Part shown: positions 45,948-54,781 of the stretch, piece after piece
Layout: every line of letters begins with the position of its first letter
How positions within the stretch are numbered: the stretch's first letter is position 1
NCBI GenBank assembly: GCA_030537465.1
Contig: JAUNMP010000002.1
Span: 1-60,000, forward strand
DNA length: 60,000 nucleotides
DNA from: a bacterium
GTDB lineage: Bacteria; Verrucomicrobiota; Kiritimatiellia; RFP12; UBA1067
Direction of reading: 5' to 3'
Position numbers and translations under genes: made by a program
The notes under the pieces: generated by a model
Told to the model about the DNA's origin: nothing
Databases searched by the model: none
Seen by the model: only the letters and a program-made list of their open reading frames with translations

Positions 45948-47063
45948 TCACCTCAAACCGTTCTGCCGCAGCCAGGCCTGTGCGTTCCGATCGCCTCGCG
46001 CAGCACGCGAGCGGATCTTCCACTCTAGCGCGAGATGCTCGTCCGCACGCACGCCCGACCCCCGTTCATAGCACGTCGAGACGTTCTCCATCGCCGGAGG
46101 ATAACCGGCCGAGGCCGCCTTCATGAAAAGCCCGAACGCCCTCCGCGGATCCGCCTCGATTCCCTCGCCCTTCCAGAGCGCGACGCCGAAGACGTCGATC
46201 GCCTCGACGCATCCCCCCGCGGCCGCCTTCTCCAGAAGCTTCGCGGCCGTCTTGTAGTCCTGCTTCACGCCTTCACCCCGACGAAGGGCCAGAGCGTAGT
46301 TGAACTGACCGAAGGGATTGTCATAGCTCGCCGACTTCGCAAACCACTTCGTCGAGAGCTCAAGGTCCTTCTCGACCACGATTCCGTCCCGGAAGAACGC
46401 GCCGATGTTGTTGATTGCCTCGGGATGCCCCTTCTCCGCAGCCGAGCGGAAGCAGTTGAAGGCCGCCGTTTCGTCCTTCGGCACGCCCAATCCCCGCCAG
46501 AGGCACATGCCGAGATTGTAGAGGCCGTTCGCGTCGCCCTGTCCGGCCGCGCTCTTGAAGAACCCATGCGCCTGCGAGAGCGCGACCTCGACTTCGTTCG
46601 ACGGGGCTCCGCCAGCAATGGCCTTCGAGAAGATCATGGCGCCCCAAGCGTTCAGCGCCTGGATGTTGCCGGCCTGCGCGGCACGGTGGAGGAGGTTCGT
46701 GTCGCCCTCCTCCAGGGAGAGCAGGTAGAGCGCCATCGGATTGTTGCGCTCGTTCGCAATGCGCTTAATCGGCGCACGGTACTTCTCAAGGTACTCCCTG
46801 CGCTTCTCCTCGCCGATCTTCGCCGCGGGAGGGGCGTCCTTCTCGCGCGACACAAGCGCGAGCACGAATGCATAGACGGCCTTGCCCTCCTTGGCCTGCA
46901 CCGCCACCTCCTCCGCGGCCTCCGCGTATCCCCGGGGAGACCCCGAGGCCCGCGAATTCAGAAGGCGCAGAATCGCGTTCGAGGCATCGGAATCCTGCGC
47001 GCCGAAGGCCGCAAGTCCGCACAGAACCGCCACAAGGGCTCCGAATATCCCTTTCCCGATCAT
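45948..47063 (-). CDS. Secreted Sel1-repeat (SLR/TPR-like) protein
   Basis: Signal peptide MIGKGIFGALVAVLCGLAAFGAQ. At least 5 Sel1-type repeats (GxxxAxxxLGxxYxxGxGVxxD pattern). Confidence 0.8.
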   Translation of the reverse strand: MIGKGIFGALVAVLCGLAAFGAQDSDASNAILRLLNSRASGSPRGYAEAAEEVAVQAKEGKAVYAFVLALVSREKDAPPAAKIGEEKRREYLEKYRAPIKRIANERNNPMALYLLSLEEGDTNLLHRAAQAGNIQALNAWGAMIFSKAIAGGAPSNEVEVALSQAHGFFKSAAGQGDANGLYNLGMCLWRGLGVPKDETAAFNCFRSAAEKGHPEAINNIGAFFRDGIVVEKDLELSTKWFAKSASYDNPFGQFNYALALRRGEGVKQDYKTAAKLLEKAAAGGCVEAIDVFGVALWKGEGIEADPRRAFGLFMKAASAGYPPAMENVSTCYERGSGVRADEHLALEWKIRSRAARGDRNAQAWLRQNGLR

Positions 47064-47079
47064 CTTCGCCCCCCTTCGC

Positions 47080-47694
47080 TCAGTTCCTGCCCCGCGCACG
47101 CGGTGACAACATAGCCGAGGAGACCGGCATCGTCGCGCCGACGATTGGAGCCCCCCTGTTCCGCCAGTTCTTCCGGCCGGCGCACACCGTCAGCGTACGG
47201 CCAGCCGTTCCAAAACGCCACCACGGCGGACGCTTCAGCCCAACGACGTCAAAACCGTCCCGCAACAGCTCGTACACCGCTCGGGCCGTCCAGCCTCGGC
47301 TGTCCTTCGCCGCCTCCTCCACCGTGAAGATCAGGCATCCGCCTCCCTGCAGCACGCGGTGCGCCTCCCGCACCAGCGTCACCAGACGCTCGGAAGACGA
47401 ACCATCCAGCACCGAACGGGAGAAAAGCGCCACCTCGAACTGGTGGTCCTCGAAGGGCAGTTCCCCGTTCGCCCCCAGCTGCAGCACGGTCTTGGGGTCG
47501 AGCGCGGCCGCGGTGGAGGTGCGCGCGGCGGCATCGCACTCGACCGTCATCCACACGCCATCGTGCGACGCGCGGAAGGCCTGGGACGCCTGGGCATTCG
47601 CAAACCCCAGGTCAAGACCGGCCTTGACACGTGAATAACGCGCGTCAAGCTCCGCGAGTGTTGCCGCCTCGAATATGTCCAGACTAGAGCTCAA
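47080..47694 (-). CDS. Methyltransferase-fold-like hypothetical protein
   Basis: 204 aa with a TTG start. The post-I/II region LVREAHRVLQGGGCLIFTV resembles class I SAM methyltransferases, but the GxGxG motif is degenerate. Confidence 0.45.
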   Translation of the reverse strand: MSSSLDIFEAATLAELDARYSRVKAGLDLGFANAQASQAFRASHDGVWMTVECDAAARTSTAAALDPKTVLQLGANGELPFEDHQFEVALFSRSVLDGSSSERLVTLVREAHRVLQGGGCLIFTVEEAAKDSRGWTARAVYELLRDGFDVVGLKRPPWWRFGTAGRTLTVCAGRKNWRNRGAPIVGATMPVSSAMLSPRARGRN

Positions 47695-48955
47695 CGATTG
47701 TCTCTTCCCGTGTTGCCAGGTCCTTCATCCTCGCCTGCCCGGCCGTCACGTCGTCCGGACCCAGAAACACCGCCTTTGCGCAAGAACTTGCCCCCGCACG
47801 GGAGAAGAACTGCTTCGGCTTCGCCTTGCGGAGCGCCAGATTGACACACTCTCCCTGCGCACGCAGTTTCGCCGCAAGTTTCAGTGCCGCGTCGCGCTGC
47901 TCTGGGAACATCCACCCCACGTAGACGCCCTTCTTCGGCGCCGGCGCATCCGCACCCAGACGAGCCTTCAGGAGCTCCGTCACCACCACGTCGCCAAAAC
48001 CAAGCCCCACTGCCGTCGCAGGGTCGCCGCCGATCGTGGTGAGAAGGTTGTCATAACGACCACCTCCGAAGATGGCACGGAACTCGCGCTGCACATCAAA
48101 GCACTCGAAGACGATGCCCGTGTAGTAGCTGAGCCCGCGGATCACCGAGATGTCGAACATCAGGCACTCCGCGAATCCGGCGATCTCCGCCAAACGGAAG
48201 AGCTCACGCAGTTGCGCGACCGCGGGCGATCCCGCCCCCGCAAGGTTTTCCGCCTCGTCGAGGGTCTTGAGGTCCATGATCGCGAAGGTTGCCTTCACGC
48301 CCGCCTCGTCCACGCCGCCGTCGCGCAGCATCGCCGCGATCTCTTCGTCGGGCATCTTGCCGCGCTTGTCGAGCGCAAGGAACACCTGCGCATGCAGATC
48401 CGCAGGGATACCGCTCGCCGCGAGCAGCTCAGAGAGAAGCGCGCGGTTCGAGACGTGCACGCGGAAGTCCGCATTGGAAAGACCCATGCGGCGGAGCGCG
48501 TCGCAGGCGGCACCGAGCACCTCGGTCTCCGCAAGCACGCTCTCCTCGCCTACAATGTCGCAGTTCCACTGGTAGTGTTCGCGCTTGCGTCCCTTCGTCA
48601 TGCGCTCGTAGCGGAAGCACTGGGCAATCGTCGTCCACTTGATCGGGAACGCCAGCGATCCCTGCCGCTGCGCGACCATACGCGCGAGCGTGGGCGTCAT
48701 CTCCGCACGCAGCGCAATGTGGCGGTCGCTCTTATCGTGGAAGTGGTAGATCTGTTCACCCACCTCCTCACCAGCCTTGCGCGCGAGGAGCTCATAGCTT
48801 TCCACCACGCACGCGTCGTACGGCTCGAAGCCCGCGGCCTCGCCGGCGGCGCGGAACGCGTCGAACACGCGGTTGCGCCACACCATGTCCTCGGGGTAGA
48901 AGTCCCGCATGCCGCGGGGCGCCTCGAAACTGATCTTCGTCTGCTCGTCCATCAT
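47684..48955 (-). CDS. hisS: Histidine--tRNA ligase
   Basis: PRGMRDFYPED motif and class II aaRS motifs. Start is ATG at 48955 or TTG at 48958; both overlap the upstream stop. Confidence 0.9.
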   Translation of the reverse strand: MMDEQTKISFEAPRGMRDFYPEDMVWRNRVFDAFRAAGEAAGFEPYDACVVESYELLARKAGEEVGEQIYHFHDKSDRHIALRAEMTPTLARMVAQRQGSLAFPIKWTTIAQCFRYERMTKGRKREHYQWNCDIVGEESVLAETEVLGAACDALRRMGLSNADFRVHVSNRALLSELLAASGIPADLHAQVFLALDKRGKMPDEEIAAMLRDGGVDEAGVKATFAIMDLKTLDEAENLAGAGSPAVAQLRELFRLAEIAGFAECLMFDISVIRGLSYYTGIVFECFDVQREFRAIFGGGRYDNLLTTIGGDPATAVGLGFGDVVVTELLKARLGADAPAPKKGVYVGWMFPEQRDAALKLAAKLRAQGECVNLALRKAKPKQFFSRAGASSCAKAVFLGPDDVTAGQARMKDLATREETIVEL

Positions 48956-49221
48956 CAACCTTCCTGCTCCGACTCCTTGCGGAGGACTTGGAGAACCCGT
49001 CCAATGGCCTCGATGATCGCCTGGGACTCGAACCGGTCGATCCAGTTGTCGGCCAGCTGCCCCTCAAGCGCCTTGAGCGCAAAGGCGAACTCCGTCCCGC
49101 GCTGGTGCTCCTCGAGCCAACGCTTCACCACGCGGGCCTCCATCGCCTCAACCTTGGAATCCTGCAGAATGCCCTGCGTGAGCATCCAGAACTCGTCCCG
49201 TTCCTCTTTGCGCGTCATCAT
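48955..49221 (-). CDS. Small hypothetical protein (88 aa) between proS and hisS
   Basis: ATG with a GGGAGA Shine-Dalgarno. The stop overlaps the hisS start. Helical, acidic sequence with no recognised family. Confidence 0.45.
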   Translation of the reverse strand: MMTRKEERDEFWMLTQGILQDSKVEAMEARVVKRWLEEHQRGTEFAFALKALEGQLADNWIDRFESQAIIEAIGRVLQVLRKESEQEG

Positions 49222-49239
49222 GATGGCCCGTCTCCCGTG

Positions 49240-50946
49240 TTACGCCAGAAGTTCCTTGATTGCGGCGACCGCGTCCTCCGGAGCGACGATCTTCATCGCC
49301 TCCTTCGGGTCGCGGCGCGCCTTCACCTCCACGCCGCCCTTGGCAAGGCCCTTCGCGCCCACCACCACGCGCACCGTGAAGCCGATGAGGTCGGCGTCCT
49401 TGAACTTGACGCCGGGACGCTCCTCGCGGTCGTCCACGATCACGTCGATTCCATCCGCCTCGAGCTTCGCCTCGAGCTCCTCCGCGACCTTCGCCACGGC
49501 CTCGTCCTTCGGATCGAGCAGGTCGATCACCACCTGGAACGGCGCCACGGCGGCCGGCCACACGATGCCTTCCTTGTCGTGGCTCTGCTCGATGACGGCC
49601 TGCACCGTGCGGCTCACGCCAATGCCGTAGCAGCCCATCACCATCACCTGTTCCTTGAGGTCGTCCGTCTTGTAGACGGCGTTGAAGGCGTCCGTATACT
49701 TCGTGCCGAGCTTGAAGACGTGCCCGACCTCGATGCCGCGCTTGATGACCATCGGCTTGCCGCACTTGGCGCAGATGTCGCCGTCCTGGACGATCGTGAT
49801 GTCGGCGTACGCCGCAATCGTGCAGTCCCGATCGAAGTCGACGTTGCGCAGGTCGATCTCGCCGTCCCGGTTTCCACCCGTGATCATGCCCTTTGCATGC
49901 TCGAGCTCGATGTCGGCGTAGACCTTGACATCGCCCTTCGGCGCGACGGGGCCGGCGTACCCGATCGGCGCGCCCGTCACGTTCATCACCGTCTCGAAGT
50001 CGGCGAGCGCAAACGTCTTCGCGCCCACCAGGTGCTTGGCCTTGACCTCGTTGAGCTCGCGGTCGCCCGCGACGCAGAAGAGCACCGGCTTGCCGTCCGC
50101 CACGTAGACGAGCGTCTTGACCATCTTCTTGGCCGAAACCCCGAAGAACTTCACCATGTCCTCAATGGACTTCGCCGGCGTCGGCGCCTCCTCAATCGGT
50201 CCGCACGGCTCATCATTGCGGGGGGCCACCTTGCGCTCGGCCTTTTCGAGGTTCGCCGCGTAGCCGCAGCCGTCGCAGAACGCAATGCCATCCTCGCCGG
50301 AATCCGCCAGCACGTGGAACTCGTGCGAGAACTTGCCGCCGATGTCGCCCGTATCAGCCTCGACGGGATAGGCCTTCAACCCACAGCGCTCGAATACGCG
50401 CTTGTAGGCGTTGAACATCGCCATGTAGCTCGCGTCCGCCGCCTCGAGCGAGGTGTCGAACGAGTAGGCGTCCTTCATCAGGAACTCCTTCGAGCGCATC
50501 AGGCCGAAGCGCGGACGGATCTCGTCGCGGAACTTCCACTGGATCTGGTAGAGCGTCACGGGCAGCTGACGGTAGGAGTTGACCACATTCTTCGCGAGAT
50601 CGGTCACCAGCTCCTCGGCCGTCGGACTCAGCGCGTACGCGTGCTGACCGCGGTCCTGGAGACGGAACATCCCCGGACCCATCGACTCCCAGCGTCCGCT
50701 CGTCTTCCAGAGCTCGGCCGGCTGCAGAATCGGCATCACGATCTCCTGGGCGCCCGCGCGGTCCATCTCCTCGCGCACGATCTTCGCCACCTTGTTCAGG
50801 GACCGCATGCCGAGCGGCAGATACGTGAACAACCCGCCCGCGACCTTCTTCACCAACGAGGCGCGCACAAGCAGCTTGTGGGAGTCAATTTCCGCATCCC
50901 CCGGGTCTTCCCGGAGGGTCTGAATCATCATCTTGGTCCACTTCAT
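49240..50946 (-). CDS. proS: Proline--tRNA ligase (bacterial type with INS editing domain)
   Basis: Start MKWTKMMIQTLREDPGDAEIDSHKLLVRA aligns with the ProS N-terminus. 568 aa. Confidence 0.9.
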   Translation of the reverse strand: MKWTKMMIQTLREDPGDAEIDSHKLLVRASLVKKVAGGLFTYLPLGMRSLNKVAKIVREEMDRAGAQEIVMPILQPAELWKTSGRWESMGPGMFRLQDRGQHAYALSPTAEELVTDLAKNVVNSYRQLPVTLYQIQWKFRDEIRPRFGLMRSKEFLMKDAYSFDTSLEAADASYMAMFNAYKRVFERCGLKAYPVEADTGDIGGKFSHEFHVLADSGEDGIAFCDGCGYAANLEKAERKVAPRNDEPCGPIEEAPTPAKSIEDMVKFFGVSAKKMVKTLVYVADGKPVLFCVAGDRELNEVKAKHLVGAKTFALADFETVMNVTGAPIGYAGPVAPKGDVKVYADIELEHAKGMITGGNRDGEIDLRNVDFDRDCTIAAYADITIVQDGDICAKCGKPMVIKRGIEVGHVFKLGTKYTDAFNAVYKTDDLKEQVMVMGCYGIGVSRTVQAVIEQSHDKEGIVWPAAVAPFQVVIDLLDPKDEAVAKVAEELEAKLEADGIDVIVDDREERPGVKFKDADLIGFTVRVVVGAKGLAKGGVEVKARRDPKEAMKIVAPEDAVAAIKELLA

Positions 50947-51065
50947 GTGTCTAATCTCTTTCCGTCCCGCCCCTTCTGAGGGCGAGCAAGGATGGTATTT
51001 TATCATAAATTACCGCATTCTGCACAAATCATGCGCGACTGAACACGGATGCGCGGCAAGGGAGA

Positions 51066-52151
51066 CTATTTACCCTCCTGGCGCAGCGCTTCCCCATAGA
51101 GCGCGCGCCAGGTCTCGCGGGCCTGCTTCTCCAGCTTCGCCTCGGCCTCCATCTTGGACTCTCCAAGTTTCCGGTCGTAGATCCAGAACGGCTTCTTCAG
51201 TCCGGCCCCGGCGTAGGAGAAGACGCGCGGGACTTCGATGAGCCGGCCGTTGTCCTTTCGGACAATCTTCGTCCCGTCCGTGAAAACAACCTTCGCCGTC
51301 TTCACGGATATCGCCGGCCGAGCCTCTGGCTTGACCTCGACCGGCACCTCGGGAGACTCGTCCTCGGCAACCTTCTCTGTCGAAGACTCCTGCTCTCGCA
51401 CAGGCTCGGACGCCTCCTCGCGCGCGGGCACCACCACCCGTTCCTGCACGACAGCCGCCAAACGGACTTTGCGCAGCTCCGCCTGCGTCTGCTCCAGAGT
51501 CTGCTGAAGCTCCCCCAGTCGGCGTTGCAGATTCACCACGTCCGTGTTCCGACGCGCGAGCTCCTGCCCCGTCTTCACCCGCGAATGGACAAGGAACAGG
51601 CAGATGAAAACCATCACGACGCCGAAGCCGAGGGCAACAGGCACTCCCCATCGCCCGGAGGCGGAGGGTTCGGAATCCGCCACAACCCGCAGCCCTTGCA
51701 CCAGGGAAGGACGGGCCATCACCTTCGCCCTGGGAATGGGCAGGTCCTTCGCCGGGCGGGACTTCGGAAGCTCCGGTTGCCCGACCGCGCCCTCCAATTC
51801 CTTCGGCGGCAGTTCGGGGACCGCCCGTTCCTCTTCCTCTCGTTTCGCCAGCAGGTCACGGAGATACCGCTTCGTCTCCTTGTCCCGCTCGAACCGAATC
51901 AGGTACTTGAGATCGTTCGGCGTCAGGGACGGTTCGATCTCCTCCAGGCACGCCTTATACTGCGCCGTGTCCGTCTTCTCGCCGAAATGCGTGGAGTAGA
52001 AGCCCAGGCCGATGAACAGGCGGGCACCGGGCGGGGCGAACCTGAAAAGCCGGTCAAGCTCCGGGTCCTGCCGGCAGGCAGAGATCGCGGTCCGGAAATC
52101 CTCCTCCGGGATGACGGGTCCGTCGCTCTCGATCACATCTTCTTCAGCCAT
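51066..52151 (-). CDS. Single-pass membrane protein with coiled coil (hypothetical)
   Basis: ATG at 52151 with a GAAGGGAAG Shine-Dalgarno (alternative GTG at 52181). TM segment WGVPVALGFGVVMVFICLFLV followed by a coiled coil LQRRLGELQQTLEQTQAELRK. Confidence 0.55.
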   Translation of the reverse strand: MAEEDVIESDGPVIPEEDFRTAISACRQDPELDRLFRFAPPGARLFIGLGFYSTHFGEKTDTAQYKACLEEIEPSLTPNDLKYLIRFERDKETKRYLRDLLAKREEEERAVPELPPKELEGAVGQPELPKSRPAKDLPIPRAKVMARPSLVQGLRVVADSEPSASGRWGVPVALGFGVVMVFICLFLVHSRVKTGQELARRNTDVVNLQRRLGELQQTLEQTQAELRKVRLAAVVQERVVVPAREEASEPVREQESSTEKVAEDESPEVPVEVKPEARPAISVKTAKVVFTDGTKIVRKDNGRLIEVPRVFSYAGAGLKKPFWIYDRKLGESKMEAEAKLEKQARETWRALYGEALRQEGK

Positions 52152-52167
52152 GGCAGAACTTCCCTTC

Positions 52168-53523
52168 TCAACGAGCGCCACCCCTCAGACCAAACGCGTA
52201 CCGAGGCCAATCCGGAATGTAGTCGCCCACCCCCAGCAGGACCGTAAGGTTCGGATGGTCGTCGGCTGGACAACCAGCCGAAAATTCTCCGCAGACCACG
52301 TGGCATGTCTTCGACCCGATCTTCGCCGCGAGCCAACCGTCCGGCTTCTCCGGGGACAGCACGCAGACGCCCTCCAGATGTGGGAAACGCACCAGCTCCG
52401 ACGGTTCCAGCATGGCCGCCTTTCCACAGAGCGTCAAATGACGCACACAGTCCGGAACGGCCTCCACCGAGTCCGCAATCCCATAAATGTCGCAAGACTC
52501 CTTCGCCCACGCGCGCAAAACGCGGCCGAAAGAGGCCCCCCCCAGCGTGCCCGCATCATACACGATCCACAAACGCGGCAGCCCGACATCCCAATTCTTG
52601 CCCAGGAAGGAAACGACCGTTCGACCAGCTCCACCATCCCGCGTGATGCGCGGGTTCCCATCCGACCCCTGCCACGCACCGATCATCTCCAGTCCGGCAA
52701 GGGCCACGCCTCCCAGCACACAGGCCGCGCCAAGCCCCCATCCGCACACCACCCACTGATGCCGCGCGCGAATCGCCCCCACAACGGGCACCAACGCCAC
52801 CGCGGGCAGCACCCAGAGCTCCCACGCCTCCGCGACGGAACTGAACAGGGACGCCGTCCCCAGGGCAAGCCACAGCGCGAGCGGCAGTCCCTGTCTTCGA
52901 CGGAGGCAGTGGACACCGCAGACCCCCAAGACGAACAACCATCCCGCCAGATAGGCGAGGCGTCCCCACCGCCCCAGCTCGACCAGCCACGTGAAATGGC
53001 TCCCCACCAGCGTACGATAGTTCTCCCGTCGTTCCACGGGCTGGTACCAACTCATGAAGGACGCACCCGAGTTTCCCAGCCCCCATCCGCCCGGGGCATC
53101 GGCCACCATGCGCGGAACGGCCTGCCAGAGGACCATCCGATTCCCCACGGACGCGTCCCGCCCGGGAGCCGCCTTGGACAAACGCCCGAGCGCGCTTCGT
53201 CCCACGGGAAGAGCCATGAGGCACGCGACCACGGCCAGCAGTGGCACCAGCCGCCGACCACTGAAGGCCAGAACGGCAAGAGCCCCCACAACCAGCGCCA
53301 ACAGTCCTCCCCGGGAGAACGTGTGCAGGAGCGCGTAGCAGAAGACGGAGAATAGGGCATAGCCCGCACATATTGTCCACCGGCGGTGCGCGGTGACGGC
53401 GCAGGCCAACGCCACCAACGCCAGAGCGGCAAAGAGAACCGCCGCCTTGTTGGGGTTGTCGAACCAGAGCTGCCAACGCGACATGCCCGCGTAGGAGAAG
53501 ACGTCTGTGGCGAACAGGCTCAT
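52168..53523 (-). CDS. O-antigen ligase (Wzy_C)-like polytopic membrane protein with an extra C-terminal soluble domain
   Basis: LLHTFSRGGLLALVVG motif typical of the Wzy_C/WaaL family, and about 10 TM segments. The ATG at 53523 overlaps the upstream stop (ATGA). Confidence 0.65.
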   Translation of the reverse strand: MSLFATDVFSYAGMSRWQLWFDNPNKAAVLFAALALVALACAVTAHRRWTICAGYALFSVFCYALLHTFSRGGLLALVVGALAVLAFSGRRLVPLLAVVACLMALPVGRSALGRLSKAAPGRDASVGNRMVLWQAVPRMVADAPGGWGLGNSGASFMSWYQPVERRENYRTLVGSHFTWLVELGRWGRLAYLAGWLFVLGVCGVHCLRRRQGLPLALWLALGTASLFSSVAEAWELWVLPAVALVPVVGAIRARHQWVVCGWGLGAACVLGGVALAGLEMIGAWQGSDGNPRITRDGGAGRTVVSFLGKNWDVGLPRLWIVYDAGTLGGASFGRVLRAWAKESCDIYGIADSVEAVPDCVRHLTLCGKAAMLEPSELVRFPHLEGVCVLSPEKPDGWLAAKIGSKTCHVVCGEFSAGCPADDHPNLTVLLGVGDYIPDWPRYAFGLRGGAR

Positions 53524-54491
53524 TCGTCCAGCCACCGGGACTGCAAGTCCTCCGGCAGCAGCATGCGGTATTCAAGCGGAATGCAGGAGAAGTCCTCCAC
53601 GGGGAAGACCATCTGGTTCTTGACATCGGCGACCATCGCCGCCGAGGCGAAGATGTCCTCCCAGTCCGGCTGCACGGGCTTCCCGCCATTGCGGCGCGTG
53701 GCCCGCGCATATTCGGCCAACGCGTAGTCGAAGCACGCGCGTCCCAGCAGGCCGGATTTCGCGGACCCCTCCAGGTGGCTGACGCCCGCGTACGCCTTGT
53801 ACACGATGGGATAGCGCATGTCGCGGACAACACGGAAGAACGCCAGTGATCGTTCATAACCACCATCGAGACGCTCTCCCGTCGTGAGGCACCAGAGGAC
53901 CTTCCGTCCGGCCTTCGTCGGCTCGTCGAAACTGCCCGGGATGTTCGTGTGCACCGCCAGGAACCGCTCAGGTTTCCGAAGCGCAAGACGCTGCACGAAC
54001 TGTCCAGCACCACAACTCCCCGCCATCAAGAAGCCGGACTCGGGGATTCCATGGTGCTTCGCGAACCAGGCGATGCCGAAATCCCAGCCCAGCGACACCT
54101 GGTCGAACGTGACGTCGATCTGACGCGCCTTCTCGCGCGGCAGTTCGTTCCAGTTCTTGTTGGGATCCCAGATGCTGCGCGAGCCCCAGGCGACGATGGC
54201 AAGCTGGCGTTGCTCCGCATAATCGTAGAGTCCCCCCTTGCCCGCGCTGACCTTCTCCTTGACCTCGGCCGGGCTATCCGCAAGCAGACAGAGGCAGAGG
54301 ACGCCCTTCACAGGCACCCCGCCACGCGGCAGACGCAAAAACATCGTCAGCTGAGGGTAGTTCTTCGCCTTCAGCTTCTCGACGTGCTCGATGACATCCA
54401 CCACCTCGACAGCGCCCCCTCCCTTCGTCTCCGCCGCGGGGCAGAGTCCAGCCAGGAAGGACGCCGCGAGAAGCAGCGCACGCTTTGTCAC
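53520..54491 (-). CDS. Secreted hypothetical protein, possibly alpha/beta-hydrolase-like
   Basis: GTG at 54491 overlaps the peptide stop (GTGA); an alternative ATG is at 54524. Signal-like TKRALLLAASFLAGLCPAA. AGSCG nucleophile-elbow-like motif. Confidence 0.55.
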   Translation of the reverse strand: MTKRALLLAASFLAGLCPAAETKGGGAVEVVDVIEHVEKLKAKNYPQLTMFLRLPRGGVPVKGVLCLCLLADSPAEVKEKVSAGKGGLYDYAEQRQLAIVAWGSRSIWDPNKNWNELPREKARQIDVTFDQVSLGWDFGIAWFAKHHGIPESGFLMAGSCGAGQFVQRLALRKPERFLAVHTNIPGSFDEPTKAGRKVLWCLTTGERLDGGYERSLAFFRVVRDMRYPIVYKAYAGVSHLEGSAKSGLLGRACFDYALAEYARATRRNGGKPVQPDWEDIFASAAMVADVKNQMVFPVEDFSCIPLEYRMLLPEDLQSRWLDE

Positions 54492-54781
54492 TCGTTTCCG
54501 TTCGGCTTGTCCGAGGCCGCGCATGTATCCGTCTTGCAGACGGGAATCGGCGGCTGCGCATCGGGAGCCGGAGCCCGGCAGGAGTCCTGGCCCTTGCCGC
54601 CGCTGTTTCCGCAGCTGTCGCCGTGAGTACCTCCGGTCGAACAGGCGTCCTTGCCGACCTGGCATCCCATCACGCCCTTCTCGGCGTCGACCGCGGGGGC
54701 CGCGACCAGCGTGAAGTTCGCCAACGAACCCGCCGCGACGCAGGCCACCAGCCTCTCGCTGAAGTTCTTCCTCGTGATCAT
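54488..54781 (-). CDS. 97-aa Cys-rich peptide, candidate RiPP precursor (hydrophobic N-terminus, six Cys and four D-x-C motifs in the C-terminal 58 residues)
   Basis: The ATG overlaps the rSAM stop (ATGA at 54778-54781). Sequence MITRKNFSERLVACVAAGSLANFTLVAAPAVDAEKGVMGCQVGKDACSTGGTHGDSCGNSGGKGQDSCRAPAPDAQPPIPVCKTDTCAASDKPNGNE. Confidence 0.6.
   Translation of the reverse strand: MITRKNFSERLVACVAAGSLANFTLVAAPAVDAEKGVMGCQVGKDACSTGGTHGDSCGNSGGKGQDSCRAPAPDAQPPIPVCKTDTCAASDKPNGNE

Noticed and set aside
44304-46028. 574-aa plus-strand ORF, and the 319-aa minus ORF 43951-44910
   Set aside because: The first is antisense to ilvB. In the second, only the last 84 codons (from the ATG at 44205) form the ACT-type small subunit. 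The upstream part overlaps ilvB out of frame.
47675-50979. Plus-strand ORFs of 651 aa (47675-49630) and 663 aa (48988-50979)
   Set aside because: They are antisense to hisS and proS, both identified by class II aaRS motifs.
52556-54013. 485-aa minus-strand ORF in an alternative frame
   Set aside because: It overlaps, out of frame, the Wzy_C-like membrane protein and the secreted protein. Its Arg/Gly/Pro-rich sequence lacks the TM pattern seen in the chosen frame.
54740-54781. Lipoprotein lipobox (L-V-A-C at residues 11-14) in the Cys-rich peptide
   Set aside because: The match occurs right after the charged N-region with essentially no preceding hydrophobic core. The following 17 hydrophobic residues plus A-V-D-A fit a type I signal peptide or TM anchor better.
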